DNA of 64,000 nucleotides from an uncultured Candidatus Saccharibacteria bacterium. GTDB taxonomy: Bacteria; Patescibacteriota; Minisyncoccia; Phycocordibacterales; CSBR16-119. Positions 43,357-52,430 of the stretch are shown here, piece after piece. The stretch lies in the NCBI GenBank assembly GCA_964557535.1, contig CAZLAD010000001.1, forward strand, positions 58,482-122,481, in the 5' to 3' direction. Made by a program: the position numbers and the translations under genes. How positions within the stretch are numbered: the first letter of the stretch is position 1; the number at the start of each line of letters is the position of its first letter. The notes under the pieces are model-generated. The model was not told where the DNA came from. It was given only the letters and a program-made list of their open reading frames with translations, and did not search any database.

Positions 43357-44331
43357 ATGGAAAAAAAGATTCTAGTTTCGGGGGCCAAGCCGACAGGCAG
43401 ACTTCATATCGGTAATTATTTTGGCGCGTTGAAACAATTTGTTGATTTACAAAAAGACTACAAAGTCCATATTTTTTTGGCTGACTATCACGCGCTCACA
43501 AGCATTCACGACCGACAAGAAATGCAGAGACTTTCTTTTGATCTTATTTGCGCATACCTCGCTATTGGAATCGATCCCAAAAAATCTATTTTATATCGTC
43601 AGTCAACGCTTCCCGAACACGCAGAGCTCGCCTGGATATTTAACTGCCTTATCAGTGTTCCTTGGCTTGAGCGCGCGCATGCCTTCAAAGATGCTCAAGC
43701 GAAAAAATCAGACATAAACGTTGGAACTTTTGATTACCCGGTTCTCATGGCTGCGGACATCCTCATGTACGATGGTGAGGTGGTGCCGGTCGGTAAAGAT
43801 CAGGTTCAGCACATCGAAATGGCGCGCGAGATAGCGAACAAGTTCAACAACACGTTCGGCGAAACTTTCAAAACACCCAAAGAACTGCTCGTCAAAGAAG
43901 TTGAAATTGTGCCAGGCACTGATGGACAAAAAATGTCCAAAAGCTACGGCAACGTCATTCCGCTTTTTGGAACTGACGCCGAGATTGAAAAGGCGGTTAA
44001 GAGCATTGTCACAGATTCGAAATCTCCAGCCGAGAAAAAAGTCGCCGAGGAAAATAATATTTACAAAATTTACAAGCTCGTCGCAACAGCAGAAGAGCGC
44101 GAAGCGATGCGTGCCGGATTTGAGCAGGGCGGACTTGGGTATGGCGAAGCGAAAAAGATGCTTCTTGCGAAAATTTTGGAATACTTTGGACCCATGAGAA
44201 AAGTATATGACAAGTTTCAAGCCAATCCGAAAAAGGTGTATAATATCTTGGCCCGCGGTGAGAAAAAGATGCGCAAACTCGCCGAGAAGAAAATGGCCAC
44301 AGTGCGCAAGTTAACGGGTTTGAGAAATTAA
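43357..44331 (+). CDS. trpS: Tryptophanyl-tRNA synthetase
   Basis: HIGH-class motif (GRLHIGNYFGA) and KMSKSYGN. Confidence 0.93.
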   Translation: MEKKILVSGAKPTGRLHIGNYFGALKQFVDLQKDYKVHIFLADYHALTSIHDRQEMQRLSFDLICAYLAIGIDPKKSILYRQSTLPEHAELAWIFNCLISVPWLERAHAFKDAQAKKSDINVGTFDYPVLMAADILMYDGEVVPVGKDQVQHIEMAREIANKFNNTFGETFKTPKELLVKEVEIVPGTDGQKMSKSYGNVIPLFGTDAEIEKAVKSIVTDSKSPAEKKVAEENNIYKIYKLVATAEEREAMRAGFEQGGLGYGEAKKMLLAKILEYFGPMRKVYDKFQANPKKVYNILARGEKKMRKLAEKKMATVRKLTGLRN

Positions 44332-44344
44332 TAAAAAAGATGGG

Positions 44345-44459
44345 TCCCGTAAGAGATGTTTTGTTAAAAACAATCACTTCGCGGGTAGGGGTTCGAAGAG
44401 TTATTTAATTACAAAAATTAACAGGGTACGCAAATTAATAATTTGCTATCTCTAACGGG
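44345..44459 (+). repeat. IR-bounded element E2 (115 nt) ending at the ATG of a 49-aa membrane ORF
   Basis: TCCCGTAAGAGAT ... TACGCAAATTAATAATTTGCTATCTCTAACGGG followed by ATG. It begins 14 nt after the trpS stop. Confidence 0.75.
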
Positions 44460-44609
44460 ATGAAAAATTTTGTTTTGGGTTTGGTTTTTGTTTTGATTTT
44501 GATTGCGGTTATCGTTTTATTCAAGAGAATGGGCGAAGAGAAAGAACCAGAACTTAGGAGCTTGGACGAATTTTCAAATATTCAGGAGGGCGACATATTG
44601 CCACAATAG
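44460..44609 (+). CDS. Small hydrophobic protein (49 aa), putative
   Basis: MKNFVLGLVFVLILIAVIVLFKRMGEEKEPELRSLDEFSNIQEGDILPQ. The start codon is the ATG that terminates element E2. A terminator follows. It is below the ORF-track length cutoff. Confidence 0.4.
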   Translation: MKNFVLGLVFVLILIAVIVLFKRMGEEKEPELRSLDEFSNIQEGDILPQ

Positions 44610-44628
44610 ATTTATATAAAAACGAATG

Positions 44629-44652
44629 AAGGCGGACCATGTGGTCCGCCTT
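44629..44652. terminator. Bidirectional hairpin terminator
   Basis: AAGGCGGACCA-TG-TGGTCCGCCTT perfect palindrome, between the small ORF (+) and the 44681 gene (-). Confidence 0.65.
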
Positions 44653-44680
44653 CGCGTTTCGCTCTATGAGCGAGGTTGTT

Positions 44681-45373
44681 CTATGAACCTGCCGGCCGAA
44701 TACCGTTGTTCACGAAGCCGCTTCCGTTGCCCATCTGTACTTCGACTCGTGTTCCTTTCGGAACAGAGAAGAGATACTGGTCATTTCCAGCGATTGTCCC
44801 CGTGGGGACGGCCGTCGGGGCAGGTGCTGAAGCCTGTTGTGTCGGCGGGGGCTGATGGCTTGTCGCTGGCGATGTGCTGGTCTGCCAGAAACGATTCCAT
44901 GCGTCACGTAACACTCCGAGCAATGCCAATGCCAGGGCCAACAGAAAAAGGCCGACCAAGATGGCGAGAACAGGCGGCACCCAATCGAAGTGTTTACCCC
45001 AGTTGATACCGGAGTATTTCGTTCGAGCGTTACAGCCGTCGGCTGCCATCTTGGCATCCAACGGCTTGCCTTGGACCACGAAGGTCGTATCCACGTGTTG
45101 CGACACGCAGATATCCTTTTCGTAGGCCGTGCCGGAGCACCACCTGCGGGTTTCCTTGCTGGGCACCGCTTTCTCGTAGGAGAGATGCACGGTGTCTCCG
45201 CGCAGGTGCAGGCCCTCGAAGTTCTCCTTGGTGAAGGGCGAGGGATTGTTGCAGGCGCTCGCGAAGAGCAGGATGATGCCCAAAAGGGCGATCACTGGGA
45301 GCTTCCAGGTCGGTTTCAGGTTGTTCATGATCATTGGGAATGTGCCGGTCAGGGCGGTTTGGTTTATAAGCAT
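44681..45373 (-). CDS. Putative lipoprotein or membrane protein with a Pro/Thr/Gln-rich linker, in a 57% GC island
   Basis: Signal plus lipobox-like ...LLFASAC. A second TM (VLAILVGLFLLALALALLGVL) and a low-complexity PATSHQPPPTQQASAPAPTAVPT segment. Foreign codon usage. The start is probably at an internal Met (45334 or 45328). Antisense ORFs are artefacts. Confidence 0.5.
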   Translation of the reverse strand: MLINQTALTGTFPMIMNNLKPTWKLPVIALLGIILLFASACNNPSPFTKENFEGLHLRGDTVHLSYEKAVPSKETRRWCSGTAYEKDICVSQHVDTTFVVQGKPLDAKMAADGCNARTKYSGINWGKHFDWVPPVLAILVGLFLLALALALLGVLRDAWNRFWQTSTSPATSHQPPPTQQASAPAPTAVPTGTIAGNDQYLFSVPKGTRVEVQMGNGSGFVNNGIRPAGS

Positions 45374-45558
45374 ACTAGCATATTAAATTGTTTATGTCAA
45401 TAGTTTAAAAGGGAAGTCAATTTTACCCCTTGCTTTTTTAAAACAAGTGTGTTACTATGCATCCACAATCAAATATTGTTCTGTAGATTTCCGAAAACGT
45501 TAATTATTTCGATGTTCTAGAGAGCTTTCGAGATTAATTAATATTTTAGGAATTTTCT

Positions 45559-46902
45559 ATGAATAATTCTCATAAACCAAAGCCTTCGGGCGGTTCACAT
45601 TACAAATCACGGGGTACGGGCGGATTTAGAAAAGGTCCCGCTAAGTCTCCAGTTAAATACACGTCAACTCCAGGATCGCGACCAGCATCGGCGGGTTCTT
45701 ATTCTGCACGACCAGGATCGGGCGGAGGTCGTCCATCTCGTCCAAGTTTCCATCGCGGTGGAAATTCTGGCGGTACACGCAAGAAATTTGAACGTAAATC
45801 AACGCTCGATTTTACAAAGCTTGTTCGCAAAGCGACTCCGATAAAGGAAGCGATTATTCCAGCAATCAAACACAAGTTTACTGATTTCAAACTAGATAAA
45901 GTTTTGGAAGCGAACATTTTGAAAAAAGGTTACAACACTCCAACGCCAGTTCAGGATCAATCAATTCCACACGTCATGACAGGAAGTGACGTAATTGGAC
46001 TTGCAAACACAGGAACGGGTAAGACCGGTGCATTTCTTATTCCACTTATTGAGAAAGTGAACAAAGATCGCACTCAGAAAGTTCTCATCCTCGCTCCCAC
46101 ACGCGAACTTGCAGTTCAGATAGAAAAAGAGTTCCGTGAGTTTTCTGCGACGATGAGAATATTTTCAACTCTCGCTGTCGGTGGTATGCCGATTTATAAT
46201 CAAATCCAAGGATTGGCCCGTAATCCAAACTTCGTCATCGGCACGCCGGGACGTATCAAAGATCTGAGTCAGCGAGGCAATATCAAATTTGCGCAATTCA
46301 ACAACATCGTGCTCGACGAGGTTGATCACATGCTCGACATGGGATTCATCGAGCCGATTACCGAAATTCTCGGTAAAATTAATCCTGATCGCCAGTCGCT
46401 CTTCTTTTCAGCTACAATGCCGATCAAAATTCGCGAACTCATCAAGAAATTTATGAAGTCACCCGTGACTGTCGAAATCGCTTCACGTGATCATGTTACG
46501 TCTATTGATCAAGATATAGTCAAAGTTTCTTCGGAGACAGAGAAATTTCCCGAACTCAAGAAGATTTTGGCTAAACCCGGATTTGACAAAGTGCTCATTT
46601 TCTCTGAGACAAAACGCCAAGTTGATAAATTGACCAAAGCTCTCGTTGCCGATGGTTTCAAAGCCGAATCGATTCATGGCGACAAACGTCAGAGTCAGAG
46701 ACGCAAAGCGTTATCGATGTTTGATGACAACAAGGTAAAAATTCTCGTCGCGACCGACGTTGCTGCGCGAGGACTTGATATCAAAAATATCACCCACGTT
46801 ATAAACTACACGGCCCCAAAAACAACCGAAGATTACACACATCGCATCGGCCGAACTGGTCGGGGTTCGAACAAGGGAATGGCGCTAACGTTTGTTCACT
46901 AA
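45559..46902 (+). CDS. DEAD-box ATP-dependent RNA helicase with N-terminal RG/S-rich tail
   Basis: Q-motif, AxTGTGKT, DEVD(H), SAT and HRIGRTGR motifs. An approximately 80-aa disordered Gly/Arg/Ser-rich N-terminus. Confidence 0.9.
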   Translation: MNNSHKPKPSGGSHYKSRGTGGFRKGPAKSPVKYTSTPGSRPASAGSYSARPGSGGGRPSRPSFHRGGNSGGTRKKFERKSTLDFTKLVRKATPIKEAIIPAIKHKFTDFKLDKVLEANILKKGYNTPTPVQDQSIPHVMTGSDVIGLANTGTGKTGAFLIPLIEKVNKDRTQKVLILAPTRELAVQIEKEFREFSATMRIFSTLAVGGMPIYNQIQGLARNPNFVIGTPGRIKDLSQRGNIKFAQFNNIVLDEVDHMLDMGFIEPITEILGKINPDRQSLFFSATMPIKIRELIKKFMKSPVTVEIASRDHVTSIDQDIVKVSSETEKFPELKKILAKPGFDKVLIFSETKRQVDKLTKALVADGFKAESIHGDKRQSQRRKALSMFDDNKVKILVATDVAARGLDIKNITHVINYTAPKTTEDYTHRIGRTGRGSNKGMALTFVH

Positions 46903-46925
46903 TAGCAAATTTTTATAAATTAGTT

Positions 46926-46931
46926 TAGAAT
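46926..46931 (+). promoter_or_regulatory. -10 TAGAAT 6 nt upstream of the ATG at 46938 (leaderless)
   Basis: tttTAGAAT, then attgcc, then ATG. Confidence 0.45.
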
Positions 46932-46937
46932 ATTGCC

Positions 46938-47087
46938 ATGGCAAAAAGAGCAAGTCAGGATATCAAGCCTCAGAATGCGAATCCACGCAAGACCAAGAAG
47001 CGTCTCGCAGTGAAGAAAGCAATGCTCGAGGCGCGAGCAGCCAAGAAAGAAGCTAATAAAAAGCCTTGGCTCAAAAAGAAGAAATAA
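46938..47087 (+). CDS. Lysine-rich small protein (49 aa), putative
   Basis: MAKRASQDIKPQNANPRKTKKRLAVKKAMLEARAAKKEANKKPWLKKKK. It has its own -10 and a downstream terminator (47098-47140). Below the ORF-track length cutoff. Confidence 0.45.
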   Translation: MAKRASQDIKPQNANPRKTKKRLAVKKAMLEARAAKKEANKKPWLKKKK

Positions 47088-47097
47088 TTATAAGAAA

Positions 47098-47140
47098 CAA
47101 AATCCGTCTCTCGAATACTCTCGGGACGGATTTTGTTTTT
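47098..47140 (+). terminator. Rho-independent terminator
   Basis: Stem AATCCGTC/GACGGATT followed by TTTGTTTTT. Confidence 0.7.
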
Positions 47141-47157
47141 GGTGGTAAAATATATGT

Positions 47158-47355
47158 ATGAAAAATTCTGAAGGTGGATATGTTGGTTTGGTAATACTTT
47201 TACTCAGTCTTTGTTTCATCGTATTTTTTATACTACGGACAGATATTTTTTCTGGAACTGATGGCAATATGATTGAGCGTGGTAATAGTTCTATAGATAG
47301 AGCAAATGACGTGACTACTCAAATAGAATTTCGGAATCAACAATCGGGAGAATAA
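47158..47355 (+). CDS. Small membrane protein (65 aa), putative
   Basis: TAAAAT -10 6 nt upstream (leaderless). One TM (YVGLVILLLSLCFIVFFIL). Confidence 0.4.
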   Translation: MKNSEGGYVGLVILLLSLCFIVFFILRTDIFSGTDGNMIERGNSSIDRANDVTTQIEFRNQQSGE

Positions 47356-47358
47356 TTT

Positions 47359-47637
47359 ATGAAAGACAAGCTAACCGATATTCCAAACGTGGGGAAAAGA
47401 GTTGAAAAAGATTTGTTGGCACTTGGAATTAAAAAGATTTCCGATCTCAAGAAAAAGGATCCATACAAAATGTATGTCGATTTGTGCAAGAAAACAAAAG
47501 TTCGGCATGATCCGTGCCTGCTCGACGTCTTCATGTCGGCTGTTGACTACGCGAACGGCGCTCCCAAAACTCCATGGTGGTTTTATACTCCGGAGAGAAA
47601 AAGAAAATATCCTGATTTGAAATTTGTGTTAAAATAA
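47359..47637 (+). CDS. Helix-hairpin-helix motif protein (Cdd1/TfoX-C-like), putative DNA-binding
   Basis: LTDIPNVGKRVEKDLLALGIKKISDL HhH motif. GGAGA SD-like sequence 7 nt upstream. Confidence 0.45.
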   Translation: MKDKLTDIPNVGKRVEKDLLALGIKKISDLKKKDPYKMYVDLCKKTKVRHDPCLLDVFMSAVDYANGAPKTPWWFYTPERKRKYPDLKFVLK

Positions 47638-47641
47638 AATT

Positions 47642-48175
47642 ATGGAAACTAAAGCAACAAAACTTTGGCAAGTAATTCTAGGGGTTATTGTCGTGGCAAT
47701 TTTGGCAATCATTTTGATTTCCAAACCAGTGCCTGTCGCACAAACTCCCGGAGAATATGACGAATCCGTTCTTGAAAATCCAAGCGTAAATGCTGTGCAA
47801 ATGTGTTACATCTGGAATACCGAAGCTGGCGACAAAGCAATGCTTTCAATGGATATCCGTGGAGAAAATGTCGTCGGCGAATTTAATTGGCTTCCGGCCG
47901 AGAAAGATAAAAAAACGGGAATCTTCAAGGGAACCGTTGGACCGCTCAATCAAATGGAGATGGCGCGAACAGTCAACGCTTGGTGGGAGACGACAGCCGA
48001 GGGTGTGAAAAATACCGAGCAGATCATCATTAAGTTCGGTGATGGGTCAGCCGGAGTCGGATTTGGTGAGATGGTCGAAGATGGGCAGGGCAGATGGGTT
48101 TATGTTGACCCGAACAAATTATCTTTTGAACCAAATTTGTCTCAGACAGATTGTGGTGACGAAGCAATGGATTAA
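47642..48175 (+). CDS. Hypothetical membrane-anchored protein (177 aa)
   Basis: TAAAAT -10 6 nt upstream. N-terminal TM (LWQVILGVIVVAILAIILI) followed by a soluble domain. Confidence 0.5.
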   Translation: METKATKLWQVILGVIVVAILAIILISKPVPVAQTPGEYDESVLENPSVNAVQMCYIWNTEAGDKAMLSMDIRGENVVGEFNWLPAEKDKKTGIFKGTVGPLNQMEMARTVNAWWETTAEGVKNTEQIIIKFGDGSAGVGFGEMVEDGQGRWVYVDPNKLSFEPNLSQTDCGDEAMD

Positions 48176-48267
48176 TTATTAGTTTAATTTTTAAATTTAT
48201 GGGAAAAGGAGATTTTAGTCAGAGGAAAGAGAAGAAGAAGCCAAAAAAGGTGAAATAAAGATACGGA

Positions 48268-48292
48268 AGAGCCCCGGCAATTGCCGGGGCTC
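48268..48292 (-). terminator. Hairpin terminator for the 48323..48946 gene
   Basis: Perfect palindrome GAGCCCCGGCAA/TTGCCGGGGCTC. T-rich on the minus strand after the stem. Confidence 0.6.
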
Positions 48293-48322
48293 AAGTGCTA
48301 CTTCGTTGCCATGAAAAGGATC

Positions 48323-48946
48323 TTACGCTGCCCTCCGTCGTTTCTGTTCGCCACCGTGTAGGGTCCTTAGAGCAGCTTCGGCAATAGTTCCGACACCAAC
48401 CACGCGAATGTTTCTTTCTGTCGCGTAGTCGAGTAGTTCGCGCAGGTCCGTTGGAATCAATCCATCGTAGAGATGGACTTCTTGGATGAATCCGCGTCGC
48501 AACAGGTCTCGAGTCAAAGCTGGGTCTTCCGGATATAGGACCAAGTAAGAAACCATCTTTTTGTGGGAGGTTTCTCGGTTGGCGACCTCGCGTAGTTCTT
48601 CTGGCCCGCGTTTGCCGGAGACCAATAGTACAATCTTGCGACTCCCGTGCGATGGCATGTTCTGGTCGGCGCTGAAGATTGGCCCACCAGGATACAGCTG
48701 GAGATATGTTCGAAAGATCAACGCCTTGTTCTTTTTGGCTCTTTTTAGGGCGTCAACGTCATCCTTTTTTACTCGCCAAAGGCGTACCTCGTGCTGAATG
48801 TCGGTCACGGTGGCCGATTGGAGGAAATCCTCATCGTGACGACCGTCGATCGTCAGAAGTTCTACGATGACCCTGTCGGTATGGGTATCGTTGGTGTAGA
48901 CATACCATGTTGGTGCGTATGTCAACTTGTCCGTGAGCTTTTTCAT
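48323..48946 (-). CDS. Hypothetical protein (207 aa) in a GC-elevated islet
   Basis: About 52% GC. Coherent ORF. No recognised motifs. Confidence 0.45.
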   Translation of the reverse strand: MKKLTDKLTYAPTWYVYTNDTHTDRVIVELLTIDGRHDEDFLQSATVTDIQHEVRLWRVKKDDVDALKRAKKNKALIFRTYLQLYPGGPIFSADQNMPSHGSRKIVLLVSGKRGPEELREVANRETSHKKMVSYLVLYPEDPALTRDLLRRGFIQEVHLYDGLIPTDLRELLDYATERNIRVVGVGTIAEAALRTLHGGEQKRRRAA

Positions 48947-49071
48947 CGTGGCTATGTTGTTGTGTTGTTTACGTGTCTAAAATCACTATAAAAATAATTA
49001 CCTCTTATGTCAATAATTTGTTTAGCACAATATACAAAATTCAATTTCTGTATTAGAATGTAGATCATACA

Positions 49072-49151
49072 ATCCCGATAGTGAAAGCGGTCGCTTTCGG
49101 GAGAATTACTGGTATTTATTAATCTAAAGACCGCAAACTATCACTATCGGG
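49072..49151 (+). repeat. IR-bounded element E3 (short variant, 80 nt) ending at the aspS ATG
   Basis: AATCCCGATAGTGA ... TCACTATCGGG followed by ATG. Internal palindrome GAAAGCGGTCGCTTTC. Confidence 0.7.
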
Positions 49152-50573
49152 ATGCAATCAAGAACTTATATCCGCGATCTTTCGAGTCGCGCTGGGGAAG
49201 AAGTCGTCATAAAAGGCTGGATTCAGATTCGCCGTGACCAGGGGAAAATGATTTTCTTTGATTTTCGTGACGCCACCGGCGTCGTGCAGGGCGTCGTCCT
49301 TCCGGGTTCTAATGCTATGGATACGGCCAAAGAAACTCGCTCCGAATGGGTGGTTGCGGTCACGGGAAAAGTAAATGCTCGCCCTGAAAAAAATATCAAA
49401 GTCGGGGTTTTAAACGGTGACATCGAACTTGAAGTTTTGGGTATGGAAGTTTTAAACAAGGCCGAGACTCCGCCATTTGATATTTTGGCCGATACGCGCG
49501 AAGTCAACGAAGAAACACGTCTGACCAATCGTTACATCGATATTCGTTCCGAACGCCTCCAGAAAAATCTGCGCATGCGTCACAAGGTTCAGAATTTTGT
49601 GCGAGCAAATTTGGACGCGCAAAATTTCGTGGAAGTTGAAACTCCAATTTTCACCAAATCCACTCCCGAAGGCGCTCGCGATTATGTCGTACCATCTCGC
49701 ATTTATCCGGGAAACTTTTACGCGCTTCCACAATCTCCGCAACAATACAAACAACTTCTCATGGCTGGTGGCATGGAACGCTACTATCAATTCGCTCGTT
49801 GTATGCGTGACGAGGACCTGCGCGGTGATCGCCAACCAGAATTTACTCAGCTCGACATGGAAATGTCTTTTGCGACCGAAGAAGATGTCATGGCGGTGAC
49901 CGAAAATCTGCTCATAAAAATTGTCACAGAGCTTTATCCTGAGAAAAAAATTCAAGCAATTCCTTTCCCGAGAATTCCTTATAAAGAAGCGATGGAAAAA
50001 TATGGATCCGATCGGCCGGACATTCGCGAAAACAAAGAAGACCCAAACTCTCTCGCGTTTTGCTGGGTAGTGGATTTTCCATTTTTCGAAAGAACTGACA
50101 AATCTGACAATCCTCAGGCCGAGGGAGAATGGACATTTACTCACAATCCGTTTTCGATGTGCAAACCAGAGCATTTACCAAATGTTATGAACAAGGAAAA
50201 TATTGGTGATGTTCTCGCGGCGCAATACGACATCGTCCTCAATGGTTATGAAATCGGCGGGGGATCGATTCGTGCGCATGATCCGGAGATTTTGAAAAAT
50301 ATTCTCGGCATCCTCGGCTACACTCCAGAGAAAATCGAAACCGACTACGGCCACATGCTTCGGGCGCTTGCATCCGGCACGCCTCCGCACGGCGGACTTG
50401 CTTGGGGCTTTGATCGTCTGATGATGATTCTCCAAAACGAACCGAACATCCGCGAAGTTATTGCATTTCCGAAAACTCGAGAGGGAAGAGATCCAATGAT
50501 GCAATCACCGTCACCAGTTTCGGATAAACAACTCGCGGAACTAAATATTTCGATAAATAAAAGAAGGGAATAA
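49152..50573 (+). CDS. aspS: Aspartyl-tRNA synthetase (short form without GAD insertion domain)
   Basis: N-terminal OB anticodon-binding domain. Class II motifs (FRDATGV...; GGGSIR; GLAWGFDRL). 473 aa. Confidence 0.93.
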   Translation: MQSRTYIRDLSSRAGEEVVIKGWIQIRRDQGKMIFFDFRDATGVVQGVVLPGSNAMDTAKETRSEWVVAVTGKVNARPEKNIKVGVLNGDIELEVLGMEVLNKAETPPFDILADTREVNEETRLTNRYIDIRSERLQKNLRMRHKVQNFVRANLDAQNFVEVETPIFTKSTPEGARDYVVPSRIYPGNFYALPQSPQQYKQLLMAGGMERYYQFARCMRDEDLRGDRQPEFTQLDMEMSFATEEDVMAVTENLLIKIVTELYPEKKIQAIPFPRIPYKEAMEKYGSDRPDIRENKEDPNSLAFCWVVDFPFFERTDKSDNPQAEGEWTFTHNPFSMCKPEHLPNVMNKENIGDVLAAQYDIVLNGYEIGGGSIRAHDPEILKNILGILGYTPEKIETDYGHMLRALASGTPPHGGLAWGFDRLMMILQNEPNIREVIAFPKTREGRDPMMQSPSPVSDKQLAELNISINKRRE

Positions 50574-50644
50574 TCGCTGGTTGAGGTCGGACCTTGCACA
50601 CTTAACGAACTCTTTTAAAGTTGTAAAAAGATATTAAAAGTGAG

Positions 50645-50680
50645 CGAGCCCCCGTGATACGGGGGCTCGAATCGTTTGTT
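50645..50680. terminator. Bidirectional intrinsic terminator after aspS
   Basis: Stem CGAGCCCCCG/CGGGGGCTCG with loop TGATA. Confidence 0.75.
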
Positions 50681-50986
50681 CTATGGCAGGGCATCAAGTC
50701 GGTTTCTCAGTTCTCTAGTGTCATTTAGCGATGCCCAGAAAAAGAGCAATGTTGCGATGTTGCCACCGATGCTTATCACCAAGCTTCCGAAACCAAGAAT
50801 AAGGCTATGGGCCGTTGCTTGATTGGAAAGTATTTTCATCTTCAGCACATAGAAGCTCTCGTATACTACAAAACCCAGATGCCATGCACATATTGGCATT
50901 GCAAACACTACGATAACCGTAAAGACGAGTTGAATTTTAATGTTACGGCTCAAGACAGGGGTTCTCATGGTGTTCGGTTTTCCCAC
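50681..50986 (-). CDS. Hypothetical small membrane protein (101 aa)
   Basis: Two or three TM helices. No motifs. Confidence 0.45.
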   Translation of the reverse strand: MGKPNTMRTPVLSRNIKIQLVFTVIVVFAMPICAWHLGFVVYESFYVLKMKILSNQATAHSLILGFGSLVISIGGNIATLLFFWASLNDTRELRNRLDALP

Positions 50987-51042
50987 ACAATAATTGAATA
51001 ATTTGGATAAGTCAACAAGTCGTTCGTGTTAAAATATCCCTA

Positions 51043-51771
51043 ATGACCGAAACGTCTTATCAGGTAAAAACAGTAGGTTTTGAGGGCCCTCTCGAGGTCC
51101 TTTTGGGTCTTATCGAAAAGCGCAAATTGTTCATCAACGAAATCTCGCTTGCCTCGATTACCGACGACTTCATCACGTATATTAAAAGTCTGCCGAAAAC
51201 GGATTTGGATTCCTACGCATCTTTTATCGCAATTGCGGCAACGCTCATTCTCATCAAGTCCCGCTCGCTTATTCCAAATCTCGAACTTTCGCCCGAAGAA
51301 GAACAAGACGTGTCGATACTCGAACGCCGACTCGAACTTTATAAAGTTATAAAAGACATTGGCGTAGAAATTGCCGAACAATTCGGTAAGCAGATTATTT
51401 TCCCTCGCCTTGAGACCAAAATCGAAATGAAAGTTTTCGCGCCACATGCCGGGGTTACAATTGATTCGATGTTTGCGAATATGCAGGATGTCATCCATGC
51501 GATTCCTGAACCCGAAGCCGTAAAACCAGAAGTCAAAGTTTTGAAAATCAAATCACTCGAAGAAACAATCAACGAAGTGATCGAACGCGTCACTCGTGCC
51601 ATCAAGACAAGTTTCAAAGAAATTTCCGCAAGTGTCCCGGGCGAGGGCAAGGAGAAAAAGGTTGGTGTTATCGTCTCATTCTTGGCCATGCTAGAATTGG
51701 TACGTAACGGATTTATGCACGCCGAGCAGGAAAATGATTTTGCAGATATAAACTTAGAGAAAATAAACTAA
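51043..51771 (+). CDS. scpA: Segregation and condensation protein A
   Basis: FEGPLEVLLGLIEKRKLFINEISLASITDDFITYI kleisin N-terminal domain. Confidence 0.85.
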   Translation: MTETSYQVKTVGFEGPLEVLLGLIEKRKLFINEISLASITDDFITYIKSLPKTDLDSYASFIAIAATLILIKSRSLIPNLELSPEEEQDVSILERRLELYKVIKDIGVEIAEQFGKQIIFPRLETKIEMKVFAPHAGVTIDSMFANMQDVIHAIPEPEAVKPEVKVLKIKSLEETINEVIERVTRAIKTSFKEISASVPGEGKEKKVGVIVSFLAMLELVRNGFMHAEQENDFADINLEKIN

Positions 51772-51773
51772 TG

Positions 51774-51875
51774 AATCCCGATAGTGATTATAAGTCGGGT
51801 TAAATAATTTACTTAGATAAAGTTTGTAATTTGTTGTAAAATGAAAAAATCTCTTAATCAATAATCACTATCGGG
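51774..51875 (+). repeat. IR-bounded element E4 (102 nt) filling the scpA-scpB spacer
   Basis: AATCCCGATAGTGATTA ... AATCACTATCGGG followed by the scpB ATG. It begins 2 nt after the scpA stop. Confidence 0.75.
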
Positions 51876-52430
51876 ATGAATTTGGAATCAAAAATCGAAT
51901 CTTTTTTGTTTTGGAAAGGTGAACCGCAGACAGAGTGGGAGATAGCTGTTGCTATGCGAGTTGATCCGGCTGAAATTCCGGGAGCCCTGGCAAAGCTCGA
52001 AGAATCGCTAAAAGGCCATGGTGTTACACTTGTCCGTCATGGAAACAAGGTGATGCTTGGCACGAATCCCGAAATGTCACATTTTTTTGAAGAACTTCAG
52101 AAAGAAGAACTGAGCAAAGAACTTTCCAAAGCTGCGCTCGAGACACTTTCGATAATTCTCTACAAGGATTCGGTGACGCGAAGCGAGATAAATTTTATTC
52201 GCGGAGTGAACTCAGGATACATCTTGAGAAATCTGGAAATTCGCGGATTGGTGGAGAAAGCAAACCAAAAAAACGATGCCCGCACGTATGTTTACAAGCC
52301 GACTCTCGAATTGTTATCATATCTCGGGGTTTCCAAGGTCTCCGATTTGCCACAGTTCGAAACGATCAGAAATACACTCGAGACCAAGCTCTCCGGTCAG
52401 CCAGATCAGGAAGGAAATGAATCCCGTTAG
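51876..52430 (+). CDS. scpB: Segregation and condensation protein B
   Basis: Tandem winged helices (ALETLSIILYKDSVTRSEINFIRGVNSGYILRNLEIRGLVEK). Confidence 0.85.
   Translation: MNLESKIESFLFWKGEPQTEWEIAVAMRVDPAEIPGALAKLEESLKGHGVTLVRHGNKVMLGTNPEMSHFFEELQKEELSKELSKAALETLSIILYKDSVTRSEINFIRGVNSGYILRNLEIRGLVEKANQKNDARTYVYKPTLELLSYLGVSKVSDLPQFETIRNTLETKLSGQPDQEGNESR

Noticed and set aside
44383-44420. Possible tRNA because of GGGGTTCGAAG (T-loop-like) inside element E2
   Set aside because: No acceptor stem, D-arm or anticodon arm can be drawn. The sequence is part of the repeat element.
44626-45403. Plus-strand ORFs (44626..45006, 44874..45125, 44990..45403) and the minus-strand ORF 44710..45057 inside the 57% GC island
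   Set aside because: They overlap one another and the 230-aa minus-strand lipoprotein-like gene. All are compositional artefacts of high GC. Only the 44681..45373 frame has signal, lipobox and TM features and a terminator.
48200-48256. 18-aa K-rich peptide ORF as a confident gene
   Set aside because: It is too short and lacks clear signals. It is mentioned only as a possibility under the small-protein finding.
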